This document shows positions 41,052 through 51,230 of a stretch of 64,000 nt of DNA, one piece after another. A program made the position numbers and the translations under genes. Numbering within the stretch: position 1 is the first letter of the stretch; each line of letters starts with the position of its first letter. The notes under the pieces were generated by a model, which saw nothing but the letters and a program-made list of their open reading frames with translations, had not been told where the DNA came from and made no database searches. The stretch spans positions 3,680,001 through 3,744,000 of the forward strand of contig OY759316.1 in NCBI GenBank assembly GCA_963662275.1. The letters run 5' to 3'. Source of the DNA: Candidatus Cloacimonadales bacterium (GTDB lineage: Bacteria; Cloacimonadota; Cloacimonadia; Cloacimonadales; DAONDQ01).

Positions 41052-42431
41052 CTAATACAGCAGCAATGAGCCCGGATCATGCAGATAATCCATGACTTGC
41101 TTCAGGAATCGGGCAGCCTCAGCTCCATCGACGATCCGATGGTCACAGGCAAAGGACAAAGCCATCATGTGAGCTATGACTATTTGATGATCTTTCACGA
41201 TAGGTTTTTCCTGGATTCGCCCCACACCGAGTATTCCCACCTGCGGGTAATTGATCACAGGAACACCGAATGTTCCACCGATCGTACCATAATTGGTGAT
41301 AGTGAAAGTTCCATTCTTGAGGTCTTCGAGAGTAAACTTTCTTTCAGAAGCTTTCGCTTCCAGGGTAAGAAGGTCATTGGCAATTTCATAGATGGACTTT
41401 TTATCTACATCCCTGACGACAGGTACGATTAACCCCTCAGGAGTGTCCATCGCAATACCGATATGATAATAGTGCTTCAAAAGCATCTGGTCATGCTCCA
41501 AATCGAGTTCAGCATTGATGGTTGGGTGGGCTTTCAGGGCATCTACAACAGCTTTCATGATAAATGGCAAATATGTAAGCTTAGAACCTATCTTTATAAA
41601 TTCTTCCTTGTGATGAAGCCGTTCGAGAAAAAGATCGTTCACTTCCACTTCATCCATAGCTGTCATATGCACTGCGTTCTGTTTGGAACGTGTCATGTTC
41701 CTGGCTATCGCTTTGCGTATCATAGTCAATGGTACGGCTTCAACGCCCGTAGCGCCGACTTCAGGCGGTAGTTCTGTTGGTTGTAAAGAAGACTTACTTC
41801 CTAAAGCAGGTGCTACTTTCAGCCGTGTCTTCCCGTCAAAATACAATTGAATATCCTGCTTCATGACCCGTCCGCCTGGTCCAGTACCTACAACTTCACC
41901 AATAATAACACCTAAATCCTTCGCCATCGCCCTGGCAACCGGTGTGGCAAGGACTTTCCTTCCTAAAGGAGGTTTGTCACCGACTAAAGTCGTTTCTACA
42001 CCTTCTAAAGAAGGTGCTACAATAGGTGCTACGGTGGATACTGCAATCCCTTCTGAAGATGCAGGTAAATATGCTCCTTCTCCAGCAATCTCAAGGGTTC
42101 CCACAACTCCAAAGTTCTTTTCTTCAATAGGCTGACTGGTTGCTGACTTGGGCACTTCCACAGCAATTATCTTTGCCTGTTCAGGAGAAACTCCTTCTAT
42201 TTCGAGTTCCACCAGCACATTTCCCACATTGATGACATCACCAACATTTCCATACCTGGCTGCAACGGTACCAGCCTTGGGTGATGGAATATCTGTTACT
42301 ACCTTGTCCGTTTCCATCTTCACCAGGGCGTCCCCTGATTTAATGGATTGACCTTTATCAATGTACCACTGGAGAATCTTTCCTTCCGTAATTCCTTCAC
42401 CGATATCGGGAAACTTGAATGTAAAACGCAT
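41052..42431 (-). CDS. pdhC: 2-oxoacid dehydrogenase E2 (dihydrolipoamide acyltransferase)
   Basis: Lipoyl domain METDKV; PSBD ATPVARAMA...GTGPGGRV; DHRIVDG. Confidence 0.9.
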   Translation of the reverse strand: MRFTFKFPDIGEGITEGKILQWYIDKGQSIKSGDALVKMETDKVVTDIPSPKAGTVAARYGNVGDVINVGNVLVELEIEGVSPEQAKIIAVEVPKSATSQPIEEKNFGVVGTLEIAGEGAYLPASSEGIAVSTVAPIVAPSLEGVETTLVGDKPPLGRKVLATPVARAMAKDLGVIIGEVVGTGPGGRVMKQDIQLYFDGKTRLKVAPALGSKSSLQPTELPPEVGATGVEAVPLTMIRKAIARNMTRSKQNAVHMTAMDEVEVNDLFLERLHHKEEFIKIGSKLTYLPFIMKAVVDALKAHPTINAELDLEHDQMLLKHYYHIGIAMDTPEGLIVPVVRDVDKKSIYEIANDLLTLEAKASERKFTLEDLKNGTFTITNYGTIGGTFGVPVINYPQVGILGVGRIQEKPIVKDHQIVIAHMMALSFACDHRIVDGAEAARFLKQVMDYLHDPGSLLLY

Positions 42432-42446
42432 GTTATGCCCCCTTGC

Positions 42447-43424
42447 TTAAAACTTCACCAGTTTTTCGATTTCGTAAGCAATTCGTTCTGGTGGAATGAT
42501 GTAAAAATGTTCACCAAGCGGAAGAGGAACGATCGTATCGAACCCGCTTAATCGAACCGGTGGCGCTTCCAAGTGCAGAAATGCCTCTTCAATACAAATC
42601 GTCACTAATTCAGCTCCGGCACCAAAGCGTGAAGGGGCTTCTGAAACGATGAGGACACGTCCTGTTTTTTGAACCGATTGCCGAATGGTATCCCGATCAA
42701 TGGGATAAATCGTACGCAGATCGATGAGTTCAACGGAAATACTCTTATCCTTCAGCAAGACCATTGCCCGTTGTACTTCCCGAACCATGGCGCCATAGGC
42801 AATCACGGTGATGTGTTCACCTACATTCAGTACATTTGCTTTGCCGATGGGGATGGTGAACTTCTCTTCCGGTACTTCCTGTTTAATAGCTCTATATAAG
42901 CGTTTAGGCTCCATAAATATGATAGGGTCTTCAGACTCAATAGCGCTGATGAGCAGACCTTTGGCATCGTAAGGAGTGGAGGGAATCACGACCTGCAAGC
43001 CCGGGTATTGGGCAAAGAGAGCTTCAGGGCTTTCAGAATGGTGCTCCAAAGCATTGATGCCTCCGCCATAGGGAAAACGAATGACCATTGGAGCATGGAA
43101 CTTGCCTCTTGAACGGTTGCGTATCCTTGCCACATGTGAGAATATCTGGTTGAGTGCCGGATAGGAAAAGCCATCGAACTGCATCTCCACAATAGGTCTT
43201 AAACCGGCGATAGCCATACCTAAACCGCTACCTGCAATGGCTGCCTCTGCCAGGGGAGAATCGAAGACACGTGCTTCACCGTATTTCTTCTGGAGATTTT
43301 CAGTCACACGGAACACACCGCCTTCCACACCTACATCTTCACCAAAAAGGATGATCTTCGGATCTTCAGCAAGTTTGATATCAAGAGCATTATTGATTGC
43401 CTGTACTAGATTCATGACGCTCAT
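42447..43424 (-). CDS. pdhB: 2-oxoacid dehydrogenase E1 beta
   Basis: GEDVGVEGGVFR, DSPLAE, EMQF, EHHSES. Pyruvate versus branched-chain substrate not resolved. Confidence 0.9.
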   Translation of the reverse strand: MSVMNLVQAINNALDIKLAEDPKIILFGEDVGVEGGVFRVTENLQKKYGEARVFDSPLAEAAIAGSGLGMAIAGLRPIVEMQFDGFSYPALNQIFSHVARIRNRSRGKFHAPMVIRFPYGGGINALEHHSESPEALFAQYPGLQVVIPSTPYDAKGLLISAIESEDPIIFMEPKRLYRAIKQEVPEEKFTIPIGKANVLNVGEHITVIAYGAMVREVQRAMVLLKDKSISVELIDLRTIYPIDRDTIRQSVQKTGRVLIVSEAPSRFGAGAELVTICIEEAFLHLEAPPVRLSGFDTIVPLPLGEHFYIIPPERIAYEIEKLVKF

Positions 43425-44509
43425 TTTGCCCCCTCAGTTGCTGCAATAAATTGCTCGTATGCTTTTCTCTGGCGTTTGAGTTCATCAGGAACATAGCTAT
43501 ATAAATGGTTAAACACATCATCGAGCGGATAGGTAGAATAGTTTTCTGCTATTTCGAATTCAGTTTCCACCAGCTTTTGATATGTTTGAACCAACTCATC
43601 TTCATCTGCTTGCGTGATCAATTTCTTTTCCTGCAGGTACAAACGTAGGCGAAGAAGCGGGTCTCTTTCCAGCCACAGCTTTTCTTCTTCACCTGTCCTA
43701 TAGCGTGTGGGATCATCCGAGGTGGTATGAGCTCCCTGCCGATAAGTGACAGCTTCTATCAGAACAGGTCCTTTTCCGCTTTCCGCATAAGCCCTGGCTT
43801 CTGTCAGGACATCCAGCATGGCTAAGTAGTCATTGCCATCGACCAGGATACCTGGAATGCCATATGCAATCGCTTTGCTGGCAAGATTGATGGAATTTGT
43901 CTGCTTCTTGATGGGCATGGAGATAGCAAACTGGTTATTCTGGATGATGCAGATCAGGGGCACTTTCCAGACCGAAGCGAAGTTAATTGCTTCATGGAAA
44001 TCACCTTCCGATGTTCCACCATCACCCACAAAGCCAAAGACAACTGACTTTTCCTGTTTGAATTTCATGGCATAAGCGATACCGGTGGCATATTGAATTT
44101 GAGAGGCAATGGGAACAGCCGAAGGGAGTAATCGATTCGCTTTTTCAAAACGGGAACCACGTTCATCACCCCGATAATACATGAAAATCTCATGTAATTC
44201 TGCACCCTTTGCCAACCAAGCTCCCATTTCACGAAAGGCTGGAACCAGCCAATCTTCTTCGCTGATGACCTTCCCCGCTGCGGCTGAAATGGCTTCCTGC
44301 CCAAGATTGGGAGGGAACGTGAACATCCTGCCCTGCCGTTGAAAGCTGACTGCCATCAGGTCAGCAGTTCGGTTGAAAAGCATTGTTTTGAATGCGTCTA
44401 AAAGTAGTTTATCATTGAATTCAAATTGAGTTGGAGAGGCAACTATCTTACCTGTTTGATCCATGATTTGGATCATTTCATTCTTGAGGGGATCGTAGGT
44501 CTCGATCAT
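43421..44509 (-). CDS. pdhA: 2-oxoacid dehydrogenase E1 alpha
   Basis: QRQGR, GQEA, GDGGTSEGDF...NNQFAIS, HTTSDDP. Confidence 0.9.
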   Translation of the reverse strand: MIETYDPLKNEMIQIMDQTGKIVASPTQFEFNDKLLLDAFKTMLFNRTADLMAVSFQRQGRMFTFPPNLGQEAISAAAGKVISEEDWLVPAFREMGAWLAKGAELHEIFMYYRGDERGSRFEKANRLLPSAVPIASQIQYATGIAYAMKFKQEKSVVFGFVGDGGTSEGDFHEAINFASVWKVPLICIIQNNQFAISMPIKKQTNSINLASKAIAYGIPGILVDGNDYLAMLDVLTEARAYAESGKGPVLIEAVTYRQGAHTTSDDPTRYRTGEEEKLWLERDPLLRLRLYLQEKKLITQADEDELVQTYQKLVETEFEIAENYSTYPLDDVFNHLYSYVPDELKRQRKAYEQFIAATEGAK

Positions 44510-44627
44510 CGTTCATCCTCCTATAATCATTACTATTAATTAACTTAGTAAATTAATAGAAGATTATGTTTTTTAAATGTAAAGATAATTCACTTTCAGC
44601 AAAGACAAAAGAAAAAGAAGCAGACGT

Positions 44628-45167
44628 CCACAAGAACCCCAATTATTAGCAACGTATTTACCCGCCATAGAATCTTATATTTCTGCACTATCAGTAGTAG
44701 GAAACACAGCATTTTTGTCAGATATTTCGTTAGGTTTATTGATTGTCGACATTTCTAACCCCCAAGAACCTCAGCTTATAGGTTCCTATATTCCTTCCGG
44801 ATATATCAAAGAGATTGAATCAAGAGATAATCTTCTATATATAATTGAAAACCGTGATTATTTGAAAGTGATCGATGTCTCCAATCCTAATGATCTACAA
44901 ATACTTGGTTCATATGAAACAACTGGCATTGCTCAATCGCTTGCTGTCATTGAAGAGACAGCTTATATCGTAAGCAGCAGTCCAGATTTACTATGTTTGG
45001 AAGTCCTGGATGTTTCTAATCCTGATTTGCCCATCATACTTTTTGATTATCCATTTCATTCTACAAGTCAGATAACAGGAGTATATATTAAAGATAATTA
45101 TCTATTTGTTATGGAACTGATTATGAAGGAAAAGCAATTGCTTCCGGAGTGTATTTTGCTAAGCTAA
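44628..45167 (+). pseudogene. LVIVD-repeat protein fragment
   Basis: Three to four LxIVDxSNP repeats. The frame opens after TAA at 44586 with no ATG or signal peptide, and the 3' end degenerates. Confidence 0.65.
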
Positions 45168-45238
45168 GCTCAGAAGGAATAAGTACAGGCAGAAAACTGC
45201 TGTTATTGAAATGATGAAGATCGCATCATAAGCTGATG

Positions 45239-45556
45239 TTATGCTTGCTGCAGAATATTGATCAGCACTTCCTTGTATTTTTCGAAAGCTCTTCTTCCTC
45301 GATTCGTGAGACGTAATAGGGTATGGGGTACCCGGTTTACAAATTCCTTCATAATCTCGACATAGCCGTTTTGCTCTAATTTCAGTAACTGTGCCGAAAG
45401 ATTTCCTTTAGTCAATCCTGTTTTGCGTAACATGTAAACAAAATCTGCTTTATCCACGACATATAAATATAGCATGATGTTCAGTCGAGCTGGTTCATGG
45501 ATGATCCGATCAATATCTTCAATACTGGTCTCTGTAAGATTGTCTTCAGTTCTCAT
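45239..45556 (-). CDS. Winged-HTH transcriptional regulator (HTH_34/MarR-like)
   Basis: IIHEPARLNIM...LTKGNLS...LEQNGYV...LTNRGR. Confidence 0.85.
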   Translation of the reverse strand: MRTEDNLTETSIEDIDRIIHEPARLNIMLYLYVVDKADFVYMLRKTGLTKGNLSAQLLKLEQNGYVEIMKEFVNRVPHTLLRLTNRGRRAFEKYKEVLINILQQA

Positions 45557-46151
45557 CTTTCATCACCGGATATACTATCATGAATTTAAGCAACTGGATA
45601 ATTCCGAAGATAAAATCGAAAACACCTAAGATAAAAATGTAAAACATCAGATTGTTATGATGGAGAATGCCAGAATATATTAAAGCAATAAGAGCAAGAA
45701 TTATTACCCCATAAAGAAGAAAGCCTATGTTTTGTTCACAGAAATAACGGTATAAGAGCAAAATTATGATGAAGAGGGCGATACTTATCATTATCCCAAG
45801 GTGCATGTTCTTTTCAATGGCAGGTGAGATACTGTGACTTTGGAAATACAGCATTAAACCAAATCCCAAGATTAGTAGAATGGCTATGAAAATTTGGATG
45901 AAACTCCTGGAAGTTTTCTTATCACTAATTTCTGCATAACCAATCCTGGGGTAAGTGTAACTTTTTTTTAAGATGGATATTAATACAGGAATAAATGGAA
46001 TAAAGATTACAGCAAAATTCATTTTTCCTATTGAACCGAGAATTGCTATTATCATCAGATACAAACCAACAACAATATGAGATATGCCATCCTTATGCTT
46101 CTGTTCATGTAATACATCGATTCTAACTTGAGTAAGAAAGTCATTTTTCAT
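45546..46151 (-). CDS. Integral membrane protein coupled to the HTH gene
   Basis: About six hydrophobic segments, YPRIGY motif, overlaps the regulator start. Confidence 0.7.
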   Translation of the reverse strand: MKNDFLTQVRIDVLHEQKHKDGISHIVVGLYLMIIAILGSIGKMNFAVIFIPFIPVLISILKKSYTYPRIGYAEISDKKTSRSFIQIFIAILLILGFGLMLYFQSHSISPAIEKNMHLGIMISIALFIIILLLYRYFCEQNIGFLLYGVIILALIALIYSGILHHNNLMFYIFILGVFDFIFGIIQLLKFMIVYPVMKDEN

Positions 46152-46359
46152 GATGTTCTCCTTTGATGTAAACAGGTTTATGGTGTAAACTTGTTTAAGA
46201 TAGTATATTCAGTCAAGAAAAATCTCACCCTTTTTTTTGATCCTATTATTAAAAATAACTTGCAGGATTATTTGAATGCATATGTCCTATCACTTTTCCT
46301 TTATATGAATAGAAATTGCATTGTTCATACTTTCCCTAAAAACCTAACTAGGAGGTTAC

Positions 46360-46608
46360 ATGAGGTCTGCAAAAGTCAGTAATCTGGCTATCAGTGACAA
46401 CGGCTTCGTTTTTGATCCGACAACCGGTTACAGCTATAATACAAATGAGATGGGCTTTTTTCTCTTGAAATTAATGGAGGAAGGATTCGAACAGGATGAG
46501 ATCATTACCCGTATCATGGATGAATATGAAGTAAACCATGACACTTTGGAACGTGACCTAGATTTTTTCAGCCTGCAGATGAAATCTCTTGGTTTGCTGG
46601 AAGACTAA
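46360..46608 (+). CDS. Stand-alone PqqD/RRE-family protein
   Basis: 82 aa; beta-rich GFVFDPTTGYSYNTNEMG then helices ...EYEV...ERDLDFF...LGLL; RBS AGGAGG. Confidence 0.85.
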   Translation: MRSAKVSNLAISDNGFVFDPTTGYSYNTNEMGFFLLKLMEEGFEQDEIITRIMDEYEVNHDTLERDLDFFSLQMKSLGLLED

Positions 46609-46776
46609 GATGTCATTTTCTTTAGCTCATTTCAAAGGCACGATCGCTGTCAGTGGTCTGAAAACCGGAGATAATCCGCAGCCGGGTGTACCTGTTATCC
46701 GTAGTATCCGCAATGCTGGATTCGAAGGTAAAATCATTGGTTTGATCTATGATTCGCTTGAATCAGGTATCTATGT

Positions 46777-48637
46777 GAGACTGTTCATGAAGTTATTCAT
46801 AATATTCAATAAGTTAGAAAGTAGCAAGTTGAAAAAAGTGGTCGAAACGGTCATAATTTAACATACCTTCCAGAATTGACAGATAAGCTCTGCTAAGGAC
46901 ACCAAATCACAAGTTAAGCTTTTTGACTAAAATTGAAAAACACGCGATTATAAGTAATGTTTCGAAGCCGTTTCTGACTAAATGTGTAGTTAAAATCATA
47001 TAAAATAGTTCTTTACAAGTTTTTTGCTATAGCTTCAATGGCATTTGTTACCTGGTAACAAAAGGGAGGATATTATGACAAAAAAACACTCCAATTCAAG
47101 AAGCGGTAAGTGTTAGTCATGAAAGTAACCAATACCATGTAAGTATTAACGTACCATTTTCATTCACTTTGCCTGAGACAACATCAAACCACAAGTTCTT
47201 AATAGCGTTTCTACGCTTATTAGTAGGAATAGGCGGAGACAACCTCCTTACACTTCAGCAAATAGCTGATCTGTTTAACTACGCAGACCGCAGGAATGTA
47301 CATAATTTCTGGCAAGAGTTTGAGCAGCATGGTCATGATATCCTGGCATATTTAAGCCGGAAAGTTGACCTGCTGGAGTGTATTCCTCAGATCGAGAATT
47401 TTGTTATCAATAACCTGCTTTTACCTTTAAATGTCATGTATCAGGAGTTCATCAGCCATCATGATTTTAAAATGTCCTATACCACTTTCTGCAAATATGC
47501 TTCTCAGGTCAATTCTCTGTCTGTAGTTAAGCAAGCTCAGAAGCTTCTTCTGAAAAAGACAGTAGGCGGTGATGCTGTACATCTGCTGAAACTGCTTGCC
47601 GGTCAGCAGAATACACCTGTTATCTGTGACAGACTCCTGGAACAAATGAAGACTGCTAAAGGCAATACATCCCATAGAACCGCCGATGCAAAGCCGTTCC
47701 ATAGTCTGGAACGCAAGAACCTGTGTCTGCTGGTACATTACCTGGTTGGAAGCGGTATGAACTTCGAGACGATAGCTTTGCTGCTCAACACCTGTAAAGC
47801 TACAGTCTCAAATCTCTGGCATGAAATCGCTGACCTGCAGAGCCTGATTCTGAACTCAATCGGTAAGTGGAGCGGAAAGATCAGCATTGATGAGAAATAT
47901 GTGAAGATCAAAGGTATTCCGTACTATGTCATCAGTATTGTTGATTTTGTGACTCACATCCCTCTGTTTTGTGAGTTGTATCCTGACACAAAGAAAGAAT
48001 CATTCGAAGCATGTTTCAGAACCTTCAGACAGCTCTACAGGAAAGATCCAACCCTGATTGTCAGTGATGGCAGTAAATCGTTAGCAGTTGCAAGAAAAAC
48101 AGTGTTTCCAAAAGTCCATTACCAACTCTGTAAGTTCCATAAGATACGAAATCTCTTCAAAAGAATCAGTCAATGTCATCTCCCTGAAGACAGGGACAAG
48201 TTCTTTAAGAAGAGGATTATGAAAGCTTTCCGAAGAGAAACGGCGGGCGGAAGGAAAAAGGGTATCGCAAGCCTGACAGCTATTACTCCCCCAACCGCCG
48301 CCGAATACATCAAAAGCAATATCATTAGTGATTGGAGACACCTCAGCAAAGGTTTGACTTCCAATGTCTCTGAACGCTGGAACCGCAAAATCAAGAAGGT
48401 GACATCCGGTAGATTTGGACTAAAATCTGAAGAAACCACCCGCAACCTTGTGTTTTCGCTTTGGTTCAAAGAACTGGTCGATAAAGGTCAACCAATCATG
48501 CGTCAGGAATCACTTTTAGCAAGTTTAAATATCTCCCGCATATGTCAAGAAAATGTGGATTGGTCGCACTTAGACCACTTTTTCTCTGTCACTACCAATA
48601 AGGCTGCGTAAAATGGAGGTTAATTTTGAACAGTCTC
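46777..48637 (+). mobile_element. Insertion sequence, 1861 bp, copy 2
   Basis: TIRs GAGACTGTTCA / TGAACAGTCTC. TSD ATCTATGT at 46769-46776 and 48638-48645. Confidence 0.95.
47169..48611 (+). CDS. DDE transposase (protein identical to copy 1)
   Basis: Identical translation to 945-2387. Confidence 0.9.
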   Translation: MPETTSNHKFLIAFLRLLVGIGGDNLLTLQQIADLFNYADRRNVHNFWQEFEQHGHDILAYLSRKVDLLECIPQIENFVINNLLLPLNVMYQEFISHHDFKMSYTTFCKYASQVNSLSVVKQAQKLLLKKTVGGDAVHLLKLLAGQQNTPVICDRLLEQMKTAKGNTSHRTADAKPFHSLERKNLCLLVHYLVGSGMNFETIALLLNTCKATVSNLWHEIADLQSLILNSIGKWSGKISIDEKYVKIKGIPYYVISIVDFVTHIPLFCELYPDTKKESFEACFRTFRQLYRKDPTLIVSDGSKSLAVARKTVFPKVHYQLCKFHKIRNLFKRISQCHLPEDRDKFFKKRIMKAFRRETAGGRKKGIASLTAITPPTAAEYIKSNIISDWRHLSKGLTSNVSERWNRKIKKVTSGRFGLKSEETTRNLVFSLWFKELVDKGQPIMRQESLLASLNISRICQENVDWSHLDHFFSVTTNKAA

Positions 48638-49877
48638 ATCTATGTTGACGGTCTTGTGGATAAAGTTTACCAAATGCCCTATCCCTCAGAAGGGGCAGAG
48701 ACATTCATGGATAGGATGGATTACATCCTGTCACATGATAAGATTGATGTCATTATTCCAACCCTAGACTCGGAAATTATTACATATTTACGTCTGAAAA
48801 GTGAATTGATCAATCGTGGGGTGCATACTTTCCTACCTGAAGAAGAACAATTCATCCTAAGAGATAAAACAAAACTCAGCACATTCTTTCCCCCAAAAGG
48901 TATCGCTGTTCCTAAAACAATTATCATGAATGATCCGAGGCAAGCGAAAGATATCTCCAAGGACATACCCTTCCCTGTGATTGTGAAGGGACGATTTTAT
49001 GAAGCTTTTGCAGCAAACAATCCCGATGAAGTAGTTAAATTATACCACCTGATTGAACATAAATGGGGATTACCCATACTTGTTCAGGAGATTATTATTG
49101 GTGATGAATTCAATGTCGTGATCATCGGTGATGGCAAAGGTAAAACAATCGGTATGGTGCCTCAACGAAAACTGGTGATTACAGATAAAGGCAAGGGTTT
49201 CGGGGGAGTTGTTGTTAAGAATGAGAAACTGGAAGCATTTTCCAAGAAGATTATCGAGATTCTGCATTGGCGTGGTCCTTGTGAATTGGAAATCATGAAG
49301 GATAGTAAAGATGATTTTTATCTGTTAGAAATCAATCCCCGCTTTCCAGCCTGGGTAAGATTAGCAGAAGGTGCCGGTCAGAATTTACCCGCTGCAACTG
49401 TAGCCTTGGCTATGGGAGAAAAAGTGGAACCGTTCACCGAATGTAACACCGGAACTCTCTTTATTCGTCATGCAGAAGATTTAATTTCGAATATTGCAGT
49501 GATGGGAGAGATCTCTACAATGGGGGAACTCACGAAGTGCGAAGTGCGAAGTGCAAAGTCCGAAGCGGAAGAGAAGAATAAAACCACGAAACACACGAAA
49601 ATCACGAAAGAAGATAAGTGATAGAATATCTTGCAAAGATGTGTTCCCATTCCTCTCTTTGGATATAGAGAGGTGGTGGTTACTGAGCGTAGTCGAAGCA
49701 TAGTGTCGAAGAGTTTGAGAAACAGTATGTAAATACGAAGTTAAAGAAACTTAGGAAAGATGAAGAGCAGAACTTACTCTCGTCTAATATAGTTGACCCC
49801 CTTAATCCTCCCTTAACAAGAGGGTAAAAGAGCGGGGAACCAGATAAAGACCAGAATTAAAATAAAAGGTGTATAGA

Positions 49878-51227
49878 ATGAAAAAGTCATATAGTCCGCC
49901 CTATATTGAGAAGAACAATGCCGGATTCATGAATAAATTCGCTTATCGCAGCGTCGTGAATTACCAGGATAAAATTGAGAATATTCCGATTGAATCGATT
50001 GTTTCCAAATATGGTTCACCGGTATTTGTTTTTACTGAAGCTACAATTCGTAAAAGATACCGTCGCTTGCTCCAGTCCATAAGTATGCACTATCCGAATG
50101 TGGAAATCTCGTGGTCATATAAAACCAATTACCTGGGGGCAATATGCAAAATATTCCACCAGGAGGGTGCAAAAGCGGAGGTTGTGAGCGGATTTGAATA
50201 TGAAAAAGCACGTGATTTGGGAGTTGCCGGAAGAGATATTATTTTCAATGGACCTGGAAAAAGAGAGCATGAAGTACGCACTGCCATGGAAGATGGAGCA
50301 AAGATACATATCGATCATCTTGATGAATTATTCATGGTGGAAAGAATTGCCAGGGAACTTGGTAAAGTAGCGGAAGTTGCGATTAGAGTCAATATGGATA
50401 CAGGTATCTACCCTCAATGGTCACGTTTTGGCTTTAATTATGATAACGGTGAAGCATATCGAACGATCCAGCGCATCGTTGCCGGCAAGAAATTGAAACT
50501 CACAGGTCTCCATACACACATAGGTACTTTCATTTTAGATGCAAATGCCTATTATGTGGCTGCTTCAAAACTACTGGCATTGGCTCAGAAAGTAAAGGAA
50601 GATTTCCATTTTGCCATTTCCTATATCGACCTGGGTGGTGGATTTGCTTCTAATAACACATTACATGATTCCTATACACCCGGTGAATTCTCTGCCCCAT
50701 CATTTGATCAATATGCACGTGCCATTGGAACAGCGTTCAATGAATCCCAGTTTTCACGGGAAGAATCACCTCTACTCATCCTGGAATCAGGACGTATTCT
50801 TATCGATGAATCAGGTTATCTGATTGCCAGTGTGCTTGGGAAGAAGAACCTTCCAAGCGGAGAGAGAGGTATCATCCTGGATGCCGGTCTGAATATCCTG
50901 TTTACGACTTGGTGGTACAAACTCAAGATAACACCCACCCAGCCATTTAGTGGAACCTATCAGAATACTCTGTTCAACGGTCCTTTATGTATGAATATTG
51001 ATGTAGTTCGACCGCCTTTCAGCTTTCCTGATCTACAGACTGGAGATCACATTCTTGTCAATCCGGTTGGTGCTTATAATGTCACTCAATGGATGCAATT
51101 CATTGAATATCGACCGAATGTCATTCTGATTACAGAAACTGGTGATCTGGAACTCATTCGGGAAAAGGAAACACTCCAGGATGTAATTCAACGGGAACGA
51201 ATCCCTGAGCATTTAAGGAAAATCTAA
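49878..51227 (+). CDS. PLP-dependent group IV (DAP/Orn/Arg-type) decarboxylase-like protein
   Basis: SYKTN (PLP Lys), FNGPGK, HTHIG, DLGGG, ESGR, GPLCMNID, GAY. Substrate unknown, so not called lysA. Confidence 0.85.
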   Translation: MKKSYSPPYIEKNNAGFMNKFAYRSVVNYQDKIENIPIESIVSKYGSPVFVFTEATIRKRYRRLLQSISMHYPNVEISWSYKTNYLGAICKIFHQEGAKAEVVSGFEYEKARDLGVAGRDIIFNGPGKREHEVRTAMEDGAKIHIDHLDELFMVERIARELGKVAEVAIRVNMDTGIYPQWSRFGFNYDNGEAYRTIQRIVAGKKLKLTGLHTHIGTFILDANAYYVAASKLLALAQKVKEDFHFAISYIDLGGGFASNNTLHDSYTPGEFSAPSFDQYARAIGTAFNESQFSREESPLLILESGRILIDESGYLIASVLGKKNLPSGERGIILDAGLNILFTTWWYKLKITPTQPFSGTYQNTLFNGPLCMNIDVVRPPFSFPDLQTGDHILVNPVGAYNVTQWMQFIEYRPNVILITETGDLELIREKETLQDVIQRERIPEHLRKI

Positions 51228-51230
51228 GGA

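Larger units (their letters stand above)
46610..49621 (+). pseudogene. ATP-grasp ligase interrupted by IS (parts 46610-46776 and 48638-49621)
   Basis: Removing the IS and one TSD restores ...LESGIYVDGLVDK..., a 380-aa ORF with IIPTLDSE, DK, FPVIVKG, LVQEII.G.E and LLEINPRF. Confidence 0.9.

Noticed and set aside
46191..46382. 63-aa ORF as the RiPP precursor for the RRE
   Set aside because: TTG start without an RBS, lies in an AT-rich divergent promoter region, overlaps the RRE start and has no leader motif.
919..48637. Composite transposon or inversion bounded by the two IS copies
   Set aside because: Each copy has its own distinct matching TSD, and the interval contains housekeeping genes.
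49878..51227. Calling the gene lysA
   Set aside because: Family motifs do not fix the substrate, and the operon context and N-terminal extension suggest a specialised role.
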